From contig OX638351.1 in NCBI GenBank assembly GCA_951813565.1, positions 3,904,001 through 3,968,000 of the forward strand: a stretch of DNA of 64,000 nucleotides. The letters run 5' to 3'. Of this stretch, positions 51,468 through 61,446 are shown piece after piece. The notes beneath the pieces are model-generated. The model worked only from the letters and a program-made list of their open reading frames with translations, was not told where the DNA came from and did no database searches. Both the position numbers and the translations under genes were made by a program. The first letter of the stretch is position 1. Every line of letters begins with the position of its first letter. This stretch comes from an uncultured Poribacteria bacterium (GTDB lineage Bacteria > Poribacteria > WGA-4E > WGA-3G).

Positions 51468-53087
51468 TTACACACCTATCGCGTATCCATCGCGCCGCGG
51501 GTCGGCACCGCCCATAAAACTACCTTCTTCAGAATCAAAGGCGATACCGTGACCGCCTCCGACAGTTGCTGTCCAATCGGGTAACACGTCGACCTCATGC
51601 CCGCGCGCTTCTAACGCTGCACGGACCGCAACAGGGATACGCCCTTCCATACTGACATGCTTACCGGGCTTTACCAACCGAATACGTGGTGCCTCAATTG
51701 CCGCCTGTACGTTCATACCGTGTTCAATCAGATTCAAAACCATCTGTAACGTCGTCTGAAGGATACCGTGGCTTCCCGGTGTGCCAATCGCTGCAAATGG
51801 ATTTCCGCCTTTCCAAACTTGGCACGGCGACATGCACATTTCTATCCGTTTATGCGATCCAACGGCATTCGGACTCTCTGGAATTCTGTCAAACCAGTTC
51901 ATAAAATTGTTGAGAAACATCCCCGTTGAACCGAGAATCACACCTGAGCCAAAGGGTTGTCCAAGACTCTGTGTAACTGCGACGATATTGCCCTCAGCAT
52001 CAGCCGTGTCAAAGTGAGTTGTACATTCGGTTGTCCAGTCATTTGCGAGTATCTCACCGGGGAGTTTGTCCTTTGTCCAACGTTCACCACCAGTAACTGC
52101 AGCCTGTCCGCCAATGCGTTCGCGTTGTGCCCGCGCATAGTCTTTCGATAACAACTCTTCAATCGGTGGGTTCGGACGCGGGGCGTGTTCAGCTCTATCC
52201 GCACTCGCTAACTTAATCGCTTCAATCAGTAAATGCAAGTATTCCGGTGTATTGTGTCCAAGTTCACCGAGGGCATCGTTCTCTAAAATATTCAGTGTCT
52301 CCAAATATTGAAAACCTGAACACGGTGGGGATGGACAGTAGACTTCGTAATCTTTGTAAGTAACAGAGATAGGTTCCTGCCACTCTACCTCAAAGTCAGC
52401 CAAATCCTTTTCGGTAATCAGCCCATCGGTTTCTTCAGAAAAACGGACAATCTCTTTAGCAATCTCACCTCGGTAGAACGCCTCTGCACCGCCTTCCACA
52501 ACCGTGCGGAACGTTTGGGCGAGATCCTTTTGCACCAAAAGCTCGCCAGGATGTGGCGTTCTGCCTCGCGAGGCAATAACCTCCTCAGCCCTTTCCGAAA
52601 AATAGGGACGCGCGCCTGCAATAAACTCCGCATTCTTGACCGTGACAGCGTATCCGTTTTCTGCGGACTCAATTGCTGGCGCAAAAATGTCAGCGCGATC
52701 CATGCTGCCGTAACGGTCCAAGAGGGCAAGCCATCCACCACAACCACCCGGTACCATTCCTGCGCGGATGCCAATCTGTTGACTTTCAAGTGTCGGATAG
52801 ACATCCAACGTCGCTGCGTAAGGGGATGTACCCATATAGTCAAGTACCCGCCGTGCTTTTTCTTTCGCACTATAGAGCAACATATACCCGTTGCCAGCAA
52901 TACCCGACATATAGGGTTCAACAACGTTGAGTGTCGAAGCCACAGCAACGGCAGCATCAAACGCATTGCCCCCAGCAAGTAACATGCGCGCACCAGCAAG
53001 GCTTGCAAGCGGATGAGCGCTTGTTACCATTCCGCGTGTTCCTGTTACAGTGGATCGGTGCGTTGTGCCGTGTGATGGAAAAGCCAT
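51468..53087 (-). CDS. ggt: Gamma-glutamyltransferase family protein
   Basis: GGNAFDAAVA, VVEPYMSGIAG, TTHF..AD.EGN, GTPGS, GGADPRRDG. Confidence 0.93.
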   Translation of the reverse strand: MAFPSHGTTHRSTVTGTRGMVTSAHPLASLAGARMLLAGGNAFDAAVAVASTLNVVEPYMSGIAGNGYMLLYSAKEKARRVLDYMGTSPYAATLDVYPTLESQQIGIRAGMVPGGCGGWLALLDRYGSMDRADIFAPAIESAENGYAVTVKNAEFIAGARPYFSERAEEVIASRGRTPHPGELLVQKDLAQTFRTVVEGGAEAFYRGEIAKEIVRFSEETDGLITEKDLADFEVEWQEPISVTYKDYEVYCPSPPCSGFQYLETLNILENDALGELGHNTPEYLHLLIEAIKLASADRAEHAPRPNPPIEELLSKDYARAQRERIGGQAAVTGGERWTKDKLPGEILANDWTTECTTHFDTADAEGNIVAVTQSLGQPFGSGVILGSTGMFLNNFMNWFDRIPESPNAVGSHKRIEMCMSPCQVWKGGNPFAAIGTPGSHGILQTTLQMVLNLIEHGMNVQAAIEAPRIRLVKPGKHVSMEGRIPVAVRAALEARGHEVDVLPDWTATVGGGHGIAFDSEEGSFMGGADPRRDGYAIGV

Positions 53088-53200
53088 GCTTACCTCCTCG
53101 TTCTTTTTATAGACGACTTGCGCAAAATTGAGTTGGTATACCTATCTCTTGTGGGAAGGGTTTGTAACCCCCACTTTATACGTAAGTCTACTACGTAAGT

Positions 53201-53488
53201 TTAATTTCTAAACTTTGCTAAAAGCCTCCAAAACCGATGCAATCGCAGCTGCCACATTAACTTCCGATATGTGACACGATGCACAAAAAGTTGTTGTCCA
53301 TCCAACTCAAGTACAGGAATCAGATGCTTATATTTTGTGAATAACCCAAGATTTTTCGTGATGTCAATTTCCTCTATCGCAACAAACGATGTCTTCGCGG
53401 CGATATTTTGCAACACGACCTTTGCCTCGTCACAGAGCGGGCAATCTGGTTTTGTATAGAAATGGAGTTGCATTGGTTCGGTTTTCAA
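53201..53488 (-). CDS. Glutaredoxin-like protein (DUF836)
   Basis: YTKPDCPLCD, IDI, KY..IPVL. Confidence 0.88.
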   Translation of the reverse strand: MKTEPMQLHFYTKPDCPLCDEAKVVLQNIAAKTSFVAIEEIDITKNLGLFTKYKHLIPVLELDGQQLFVHRVTYRKLMWQLRLHRFWRLLAKFRN

Positions 53489-53661
53489 CAGAGTCGTCTT
53501 GAAGCAAAATAACGATAATATTGCGAAATCTATACTTTAGAGTTTAACACAAGTCGCCAAAAATCTCACGCACTTTTTAGGTGAGCCAATATGGATTATA
53601 TGATAGAATCATGTCAGAACTTACCCGATGTTTTTGGTAATCATACTAAGGAGAAAAAGAC

Positions 53662-54651
53662 GTGAAAATGAGACTTGCACAATACGGTATTTCCCACGAT
53701 CACGCTGGGGGAAAAGCCCACGTGATGAAGGAAAGTGAAGAAATTGATTTCGCCGGTGTCTTTGAGCCATCACCAGAAGTCCGAGAGACTCTTGGTCAAA
53801 GCCTTGTCTATGAAGGAGTTCATTGGTTTGCATCTAAAGAAGAAATGCTTGATGATGAAACAATCGTTGGGATTGCGGCGCAAGGACGTGTGTCGCAGAA
53901 TCTTAGCTTTGCACGGGAGATTCTTGAACACGACAAACATGTTTGGTTTGATAAACCTGCTGGCGATAACCTTGAGACGTTCCGGGAGATTTTGGACATT
54001 GCACGAGATAGAAAGCTGCTCGTTCAACTCGGTTATATGTTCCGATACAATGCTGGCTTTCAGTTTATCCTTGATTGGGCGAACTCTGGCAAACTCGGTC
54101 ATATCTTTTCTGTTCGTGGACGCATCTCATCAGGGCGTTCAAACGATGCACATTGGCAACGCTGGGATTCGCTCGGTGAACATTCGGGTGGCATTATGTT
54201 TATCCTCGCCTGTCATCTTACCGATATTATCGTGGCATTGTTAGGACGCCCCACACAGGTGACACCATTTTCGAGGCACGACGGACATGACGTGCCATGG
54301 TATCGGAACAATACAGCGGCAGTGTTTGAATATCCCAGAGCATTGGCGATTCTTGAGTCAACGGCATTGGAGATTGATTCGGGCAAATCAAGACGATTGG
54401 AAGTATACGGAACACGCGGCAGCGCAATTCTTGAACCGCTTGAACCGCCAGCGTTGCGGTTGTGTCTTGACGAGGAGCGGGATGGGTATGCGAAAGGATG
54501 GCAGACAGTGCCCGTGAAGCCGCGACCGCGTTATGTTGAAAGTCTTCGAGCATTTGTCGCTGATATTCGGGGTGAGAAATCTCCTGATCGTTCGCTTGAC
54601 CATGAGTTCACAGTTCAGGAAACGGTGTTGCGGGCAGCGGGACTAAGATAA
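53662..54651 (+). CDS. Gfo/Idh/MocA family oxidoreductase
   Basis: KHVWFDKP, GYMFRYN, GG.M...CH..D, LEVYGTRG. Confidence 0.9.
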   Translation: MKMRLAQYGISHDHAGGKAHVMKESEEIDFAGVFEPSPEVRETLGQSLVYEGVHWFASKEEMLDDETIVGIAAQGRVSQNLSFAREILEHDKHVWFDKPAGDNLETFREILDIARDRKLLVQLGYMFRYNAGFQFILDWANSGKLGHIFSVRGRISSGRSNDAHWQRWDSLGEHSGGIMFILACHLTDIIVALLGRPTQVTPFSRHDGHDVPWYRNNTAAVFEYPRALAILESTALEIDSGKSRRLEVYGTRGSAILEPLEPPALRLCLDEERDGYAKGWQTVPVKPRPRYVESLRAFVADIRGEKSPDRSLDHEFTVQETVLRAAGLR

Positions 54652-54708
54652 TTTATAGCGGATTAGAGATTTTACAATTATTGTGAAATATAAAATATAT
54701 ACACAGGG

Positions 54709-54801
54709 TAGCAGGCACGCTCCGCGTGCCGTCCGCACAATAGGTATTGATTTGATGCACGCTAACCACAAACTGTAGGCGCGCTTTACAAGCGCGCCTA
54801 C
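54709..54801. repeat. GTAG REP-like hairpins
   Basis: GTAGCAGGCACGCTCCGCGTGCC; GTAGGCGCGCTTTACAAGCGCGCCTAC. Confidence 0.75.
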
Positions 54802-54861
54802 CAACAGATGTTTACGTAATTTTGTGTTGTCCCATAAGTTGCCATCTATTGAAAAGCGAGG

Positions 54862-55893
54862 TTACGCAAATCGAACACCTAACTTCACATTCTCACCCGG
54901 GTGCGTAGCGATCTTCGGATACTCGTCCAATAGATCGTCAAAATCGACAACAGGATAAATAACAGGTTTAGATTTCAAACTGCCATCGCTTAGTAGCCTC
55001 CAACTGATTTCAAAGAGCCTGCCTTCATTCCAATTTGGATATTCAGGATTCGGTTCGCTACAAGCACGTGAGAAGATAATTGTAGGTCGGTTGAAATGCG
55101 CTTCTGCACCAAGATCCAACCCTGCTGGATAGGTCCCGGGCCATGCACCAGCGACAACTGTTCCTAAATACGCCGCACCCCGGATAGCATGTTGAAGTGC
55201 CATGTGATGACCGCTATATTCAATGCAAACGTCAGCACCACGTTTGTTGGTAGCCTTTTTTATTTCTAAACCGGCATCATCTGTCGTAGGGTCAATGACG
55301 ACATCAGCACCACATTCAAGGGCTACATTGCGGCGCAACTCAAGTGGATCGACACCAATTAATGGGTAAGCACCTGCTAACTTCGCAAGCTGCAGTGCCA
55401 TCAGTCCAATTCCGCCGAGTCCAAAGACTGCAACGGCATCACCGATCCGCACATGACCGTCTCGCACTGCACCCAAAGCAAAATCAGTTGGATCTAAACA
55501 GACAGCTGCCTGCCAAGGAACACCATCAGGGAGTTTCCGGGTACCCGCTGCACCCCAAACATGTTCTTCACGGAACGAGCTGTGCCGAAAAACTTGCTCT
55601 CCGACCTTAACATCGGTAACGTCCGCACCGACCTCAGTTACTTCGCCAACACACATGTTCCCAAGTCCTGAAGGATAGTTCACCATTCCAGAACCGTTTG
55701 CTCGAAAGATTTTATATTCTCCATCGTAGCCACCACGTGGGCCTGCATAACCTTTATATGATGCCATCTCTGAACCGTGTTTGGCTGCACCAAACTGGCT
55801 CTTGACCCGAATTTGATTAGCTTGCAACGGTGGACTCTCATATACTCGAAAAGCAACCTGCTCCTGGGCAGGTGCAATAAGTTCTCTTGGCAT
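54862..55893 (-). CDS. Zinc-binding (MDR) alcohol dehydrogenase-like protein
   Basis: HGSE, GNMCVGEVTEVG, VFGLGGIGL, GADVCIEYSG. Confidence 0.88.
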   Translation of the reverse strand: MPRELIAPAQEQVAFRVYESPPLQANQIRVKSQFGAAKHGSEMASYKGYAGPRGGYDGEYKIFRANGSGMVNYPSGLGNMCVGEVTEVGADVTDVKVGEQVFRHSSFREEHVWGAAGTRKLPDGVPWQAAVCLDPTDFALGAVRDGHVRIGDAVAVFGLGGIGLMALQLAKLAGAYPLIGVDPLELRRNVALECGADVVIDPTTDDAGLEIKKATNKRGADVCIEYSGHHMALQHAIRGAAYLGTVVAGAWPGTYPAGLDLGAEAHFNRPTIIFSRACSEPNPEYPNWNEGRLFEISWRLLSDGSLKSKPVIYPVVDFDDLLDEYPKIATHPGENVKLGVRFA

Positions 55894-55973
55894 ATTGGTT
55901 AATTTCCTTCCAGTGTTATATGTTGATTAGAGTTATGTGAGCGTAGTAGTTCTTCTGCTTGTCGTGTTTATTT

Positions 55974-56108
55974 TACCGTTTCTAAAAAATAAGATTTCAT
56001 TATGAGATTTGTAGGTTCATCCTCAAGTGAAGAATTTAAGAGGCGCAATGAATTGCGCGACTACAAACGCGTTTTTTGTTAATGAAAAGCGATCATTTAG
56101 AAATGGTA
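55974..56108. mobile_element. TACC...GGTA MITE with REP cargo
   Basis: TACCGTTTCTAAA...TTTAGAAATGGTA|TTA; contains GCGCAATGAATTGCGCGACTAC. Confidence 0.65.
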
Positions 56109-56146
56109 TTACTTGGTTGACGGCACACGGAGTGTGCTTACTACTT

Positions 56147-57586
56147 TTAAGCTAAAATGTCGCGGACAACATGCCCATGCACATCAGTGAGACGGAAATC
56201 TCGACCTTGGAAACGGTATGTCAGTTTCTCATGGTCAATGCCGAATAGATGGAGCATTGTGGCGTGGAAGTCATGCACATGCACGATGTTTTCAACAGCA
56301 TTGTAGCCAAGTTCATCTGTATTGCCATAACTAATACCGCCTTTGACACCACCGCCTGCCATCCACATTGAAAATCCTTTGATGTGATGGTCACGTCCGC
56401 TGCCTTGCGCCATCGGTGTTCGTCCGAACTCACCACCCCAAATAACCAAAGTCTCGTCTAACATGCCGCGTTGTTTCAGATCGTTAACAAGTGCTGCCGT
56501 TGCCTTATCAACATATCCAGAAGTGGTTTTGATAGCGTTCTGAATTCCGCCGTGATGGTCCCATCCGCGATGATAGAGTTGAATGAAGCGGACACCGCGT
56601 TCTGCTAACCTTCGAGCAAGTAAGCAGTTTGATGCGTAAGATCCGTCTCCCGGCTTTGCACCGTACATATCAAGAATATCTTGAGGTTCTTTGGAGATGT
56701 CGGTCAATTCTGGCACACTCGTTTGCATGCGGAATGCCATCTCATATTGATTGATACGTGTAGCGATTGTCGGGTCATCCACCGTTTCATTCAACATGCT
56801 GTTCAAGGTTTGCACTGCGCCAACAACATCATGCTGCTGTTCCTGACTCACACCACCAGGACTTGAAACATAATGAACAGGATCACCACTTGAATGGAAC
56901 TGAACACCTTGAAATTGTCCTGGGAGAAATCCGCTATGCCACTGCCGCGTTGCGATCGGTTGGTCTTGCCCTCCACCGGAGGAAATTAGAACAACGTATC
57001 CCGGTAGATTTTCATTATCACTACCAAGCCCGTATAACAGCCACGACCCCATGCTGGGTCTGCCTGAAATAGCAGTGCCTGTATTCATAAAAGTGTGAGC
57101 GGGATCGTGATTAATCTGCTCGGTTCGCAAAGACCGCACAATGCAGATGTCATCAGCGAGACTACCGATGTGTGGAAACGCAGAACTCATCTCTTGTCCA
57201 GACTCTCCGAATTTTTTGAATTCATGCGTTGGACCAAGGCATTTGAGTGAATTTGCCTGACCCTGCAGCTGTGCGATCGGTTGTCCTTTCGTGAATGACT
57301 GCGGCATCGGTTTGCCGTGCATTTCTGCAAGTTTCGGTTTGTAATCCAAAGTCTCTAAATGTGAGGGACCGCCTGCCATACATAGGTGGATCACACACTT
57401 TGCTTTCGGTGTGACGTGCGGTTCTGTAATTATCCCGGGCCATCGCTCAATCTGTGGTGCTGCATCTAATATTGATGGTGTGAGTAGAGATGCGAGTGCA
57501 AGCGACCCGATGCCTCTCGCTGTCTTCCCTAAAAAGGTGCGCCTTGTAAGGCGAAGTTTGGTTTCTTCATTTATACCATTTAACAT
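56147..57586 (-). CDS. DUF1501 (sulfatase-like) protein with Tat-type N-terminus
   Basis: TRRTFL; MAGGPSHLET.DYKP, RPSMGSW..YGLG, CLLARRL.ERGVRF, GEFGRTP, FQGRDFRLTDV. Confidence 0.93.
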   Translation of the reverse strand: MLNGINEETKLRLTRRTFLGKTARGIGSLALASLLTPSILDAAPQIERWPGIITEPHVTPKAKCVIHLCMAGGPSHLETLDYKPKLAEMHGKPMPQSFTKGQPIAQLQGQANSLKCLGPTHEFKKFGESGQEMSSAFPHIGSLADDICIVRSLRTEQINHDPAHTFMNTGTAISGRPSMGSWLLYGLGSDNENLPGYVVLISSGGGQDQPIATRQWHSGFLPGQFQGVQFHSSGDPVHYVSSPGGVSQEQQHDVVGAVQTLNSMLNETVDDPTIATRINQYEMAFRMQTSVPELTDISKEPQDILDMYGAKPGDGSYASNCLLARRLAERGVRFIQLYHRGWDHHGGIQNAIKTTSGYVDKATAALVNDLKQRGMLDETLVIWGGEFGRTPMAQGSGRDHHIKGFSMWMAGGGVKGGISYGNTDELGYNAVENIVHVHDFHATMLHLFGIDHEKLTYRFQGRDFRLTDVHGHVVRDILA

Positions 57587-57637
57587 ATACCTGATGCCTC
57601 CTATTCCTAATTTTTGGAAAATGTTGGATAATTTGAG

Positions 57638-58648
57638 TTACTTCTTTTTCAGTTGTCCCCATGTTGTCGTTAGCAATTTGGATTGAGGGGAAACCGGCAA
57701 CGTATTCGCATACGCCGGATCAAACCAATCCCCGCTGGTATTCATCCCAACATGTGTCAACTGTGTCCGAGTCCCACTGTTTATATCAATTTTGAAAATT
57801 TGGGACTGCCCGTTAATTTCCTGTCTATAAAGCACTTCCTCTCCATTTGGCGATATCGCAGAAACTCCTGCGGCGGGACCCGCCTCATCAACAAGTTGTC
57901 GGAGACCTGTGCCATCGCGGTTAACGATGTAGACTGTGTATTTATCGTACCATGCGTTGTGCAGATCCCTATCTAAGATGACAGGCAACGGATGCTTGTT
58001 CCCAGAAATGGCAAGTCTGTCCCCCGCAGCGGACCAGGACGGACCTCCTTGCCATAGGAGTGCTTTATCGGGTAGCGGTTGTTCCCGCTTTCGTGTGCGG
58101 ACGTTGATAAATGTGAGTCGTTTTCCCTTGGGATGGCTTACAGAACAGCCAATTTCTTTACCATCAGGAGACCACGCAGGGGAATTTCCATACGGGAGGA
58201 GTTCGGCATCTTCTTCGCCAAATGTCCCAAGATAGAGACCGAACTTACTACGGTTCCAGTCCACGTAAGAGTAAGTAAACTGTTTGCCATCAGGAGACCA
58301 CGCCGGACTTCTTCTCTGAGCTGCTATCTTTCTTTTGAAGACGCGGCGAACATTTGTGCCATCAGCGTCCATCAAATACAGATCCCGCACACGCGTACCT
58401 TGGCGATCCGAGACGAAAAGAATCTGCTCACCAGTCGGAGACCACACAGCACCATAATCAGAGGCCCGATGCTGTGTTAAGTTCACTTGTTCACTACCAT
58501 CAGAATTCATCATGTAGACCTCATAATTGCCATCCCGACTGGAAGTAAACAAGATTTTGGGTCCTGTCGGGGCTTTGGCAAAAAGTTGATACAAAGTCCC
58601 ACACATTAACATTGAGATGATTATACAGAATATCAACACCAATCTCAT
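57638..58648 (-). CDS. TolB-like (PD40) beta-propeller protein with C-terminal TWG motif
   Basis: Signal peptide; FTSSRDGNYEVY, repeated WSP.G; ends PVSPQSKLLTTTWGQLKKK. Confidence 0.9.
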   Translation of the reverse strand: MRLVLIFCIIISMLMCGTLYQLFAKAPTGPKILFTSSRDGNYEVYMMNSDGSEQVNLTQHRASDYGAVWSPTGEQILFVSDRQGTRVRDLYLMDADGTNVRRVFKRKIAAQRRSPAWSPDGKQFTYSYVDWNRSKFGLYLGTFGEEDAELLPYGNSPAWSPDGKEIGCSVSHPKGKRLTFINVRTRKREQPLPDKALLWQGGPSWSAAGDRLAISGNKHPLPVILDRDLHNAWYDKYTVYIVNRDGTGLRQLVDEAGPAAGVSAISPNGEEVLYRQEINGQSQIFKIDINSGTRTQLTHVGMNTSGDWFDPAYANTLPVSPQSKLLTTTWGQLKKK

Positions 58649-58683
58649 GCCTATTTCTCCTATCTCAAGAGGACCTAATGATA

Positions 58684-59691
58684 CTACTCCTTTCTCAGTT
58701 CTCCCCAGGTCGTCGTTAGCAATTCCGGCTGAGGTGAAACCGGCAATGTATTCGTATACGCCGGATCAAACCAATCTCCACCAAAATTTATCCCAATATT
58801 TGTCAACAGCGTCTGAATACCGCTGTTTACATCAACTTTGAAAATTTGGGGTCCATGTGTATAGAGCACTTCCGATCCATCCGGTGATATCTCAGGAGAC
58901 CATAACTCAGGAGACCATGCAGGGCGACCGGCTTCATCAACAAGCTGCCGCAGACCCGTGCCGTCTCGGTTAACAATGTAAATCGTCTGTTTGTTCTTCC
59001 ATGCGCGGTGCAGGTCCCGATCCAAGATGACAGGCAACGGATGCTTGTTCCCAGCGAAGGCAAGTCTGTCCCCCGCAGCTGACCAGGACGACTCGAATTG
59101 AAATAGTAGGGCTTCATTGGGTAGCGGTTGTTCCACCTCGCGTGTGTGGATGTTGATAAACGTAAGCCTAGCCCCCGGTCCGTGATGGTCTGAGCAGACG
59201 ATTTCTGAATCATCGGGAGACCACTCTGGAGTATTGTACTTCGCGATGAATTCGGCATCTTCTTCGCCGAATGTCCCAAGATAGAGACCGCCCTTGACAA
59301 AGTTCCAGTCCTTGATCTGGTAAGCAAACTGTTTACTATCAGGTGACCAAGTAGGTGCTGTTCTCCAAACGTCTATTTTTTGCTTGAAGACGCGTCGGAC
59401 ATTCGAGCCATCGGCATCCATGAAATATAGGTCTCGCGTTCCCTCACGATCCGAGACGAAGAGTATCTGTTCGCCCTTCGGCGACCAAGCTGCCTCAAGA
59501 TCAATAGAAGGATGCTGCGTGAGATTCACCTGTTCGGAGCCATCCGGATTCATCATGTACACCTCCAGATTCCCATCCCGTCTGGAGGTAAATAGGATTT
59601 TCGACGCTGTCGGAGCTTTGGCAAAAACTTCACACTCCGTCCCACACATTAACATTGAGATGATTATACAAAATATCAACACTAATCTCAT
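58684..59691 (-). CDS. TolB-like (PD40) beta-propeller protein (paralog) with C-terminal TWG motif
   Basis: Same architecture; ends PVSPQPELLTTTWGELRKE. Confidence 0.9.
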   Translation of the reverse strand: MRLVLIFCIIISMLMCGTECEVFAKAPTASKILFTSRRDGNLEVYMMNPDGSEQVNLTQHPSIDLEAAWSPKGEQILFVSDREGTRDLYFMDADGSNVRRVFKQKIDVWRTAPTWSPDSKQFAYQIKDWNFVKGGLYLGTFGEEDAEFIAKYNTPEWSPDDSEIVCSDHHGPGARLTFINIHTREVEQPLPNEALLFQFESSWSAAGDRLAFAGNKHPLPVILDRDLHRAWKNKQTIYIVNRDGTGLRQLVDEAGRPAWSPELWSPEISPDGSEVLYTHGPQIFKVDVNSGIQTLLTNIGINFGGDWFDPAYTNTLPVSPQPELLTTTWGELRKE

Positions 59692-59827
59692 GCCTATTTT
59701 TCCCACTGTCAAATTTTAGACCTTACCGTGCAGGTCTAAAGTTTGGACAATTTTTACGTATTTTATTTCCAAAAAGCAGAAAAGCAGGTATCCTTTCAGA
59801 AACAACACTTTTTGAAAGGAATGTAAA

Positions 59828-60108
59828 ATGGACCTCCTTCTCTGCTTAGATAAAATACTATCAGATTTTCGTTCTTTATTCAACCAAGAAAACTTTGTGC
59901 TTTCCCAAGCGTTTATTTTCGGTTTCATCGCAAATGGAGGTAATGGCACACTCACAAGTCTTTATCAATCAAGTTGTTCACAGACAAGATATTGGTCTTT
60001 TACGAAGTTCCTATCGCGTGGCAAATGGGATGCGGATGTGGTCGTAGCACTTATGATAAAACAACTTCAAAACACATTTGCGATCTGGGTTTATGTTTAT
60101 GATAAAAC
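59828..60108 (+). pseudogene. N-terminal fragment of a DDE (IS701/IS4-like) transposase
   Basis: F..FLSRGKWD...VYD.T pattern; truncated where a MITE begins at about 60109. Confidence 0.55.
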
Positions 60109-60431
60109 TAGTGGAGTGTCTACCGAAATTTTGCGGGTAAAGGTCGCGATTCGGAGATCGCTCCTACCGATGGAACGTTTATGGTAGGAGGGAACTCCGA
60201 TTCCCGACTACTTTCAAACCCATCAATTATCACTTGACGAGGCACTAAGTTGCTCGGACAAGATTTCAAGTTAGCAAACACTGCTTTTTACTGAATAAAC
60301 AAGGCTTTTTCGCTGATTCTTATGTTTTTTGTTCTAAAATCCAAATCAACACCAAATGCGCGTTTGGCATTTGGCGGGGTTAGAAACCCCTCCTACAAGA
60401 GCATTTGCGAAATAGGTGACAACTTGGGTTA
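60109..60431. mobile_element. Two abutting MITEs with REP pair and a 34-nt micro-element
   Basis: TAGTGGAGTGTC...GACGAGGCACTA enclosing GATCGCTCCTAC/GTAGGAGGGAAC; 60245-60431 is an inverted copy of 34483-34637. Confidence 0.7.
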
Positions 60432-60581
60432 TATTATAAAAATATACCACATTGCGTCACCAATTGAACCAAACCCCTCTGGTTGCGCATCTCTTTCAAA
60501 GTAGTAGAGCCCACAAGCACAAAAGAAAACCAGGGCCAGTAACATTATAACTGCCACCAAGAACTTCTGGATGATCCCATT

Positions 60582-61355
60582 TTATTTTTCATTTTCTTCA
60601 TCATTTTCTTCTTGCAGTTCTTCTTCCACCCTTGCTTCAGTAAGAACGGAAGCCAACAATCCAGAGGGAATAGCGATAAGTCCAACCCCAACTAAAGCGA
60701 CCAATGCAGTGAAAATTTTACCGCCAGGGGTTACGGGATACACATCACCATAACCAATTGTGGTTAGCGATACAATTGCCCACCACATCGAATCAGGGAT
60801 AGACCCAAATGCCTCAGGTTGTGCATCTTTTTCAAAAAAATAGATACCACATGCAGCTAAATAAACAAACATTGAAGATAGAATAACAAGTGCAAGAAGT
60901 TCCCTTCTGACTTCAGTTAGTGCGTCAATCATCCTATCCATTGCCAAGATAAATCGGGTCGCTTTGAAGATTCTGAAAACACGTAAGAATCTAAGAATAC
61001 GTAGCACACGAAACCCTGGAACTTGCCTTAATCCGGGGATAAGCACGAGAGACGGTAAAATAGCAAGCAGATCAACAATACCAAAGAAACTAAATATAAA
61101 CTCTTTTTTGACTGGTGCGGTGTAGATACGCAGAATGTATTCTGCTGTAAACAGTACGAGAAATGCCCAATCTATAATGTGAAAATGCGTTTCATACTTA
61201 TCAAAAACTTCTTCGGTTTCCAGCACGAAAGCGATAGCTGAGGCAAGAATCAGAAATTGGATGATTCCGCTAAATACAGCCCCTTCAATGATTTCCCCTA
61301 ACTTTTTTTGTAGGTCAGATTGTCCTCCGTTAACATCATTCAACATGAGTAACAT
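60582..61355 (-). CDS. Voltage-gated potassium channel-like ion transporter
   Basis: S4 RVLRILRFLRVFRIFK; pore WWAIVSLTTIGYGD. Confidence 0.93.
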   Translation of the reverse strand: MLLMLNDVNGGQSDLQKKLGEIIEGAVFSGIIQFLILASAIAFVLETEEVFDKYETHFHIIDWAFLVLFTAEYILRIYTAPVKKEFIFSFFGIVDLLAILPSLVLIPGLRQVPGFRVLRILRFLRVFRIFKATRFILAMDRMIDALTEVRRELLALVILSSMFVYLAACGIYFFEKDAQPEAFGSIPDSMWWAIVSLTTIGYGDVYPVTPGGKIFTALVALVGVGLIAIPSGLLASVLTEARVEEELQEENDEENEK

Positions 61356-61446
61356 CCTATTTTACGCCTTCTTGGCGAGATAGCAATCCTCAGTTAGGAA
61401 TTGAGGATACCAGTTTGCGGCACCTCATATTTTCCATACCAGAAGG

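Noticed and set aside
57638..59691. Diversity-generating retroelement template/variable repeat pair
   Set aside because: Differences are not adenine-specific, both copies are full genes, and no reverse transcriptase is present
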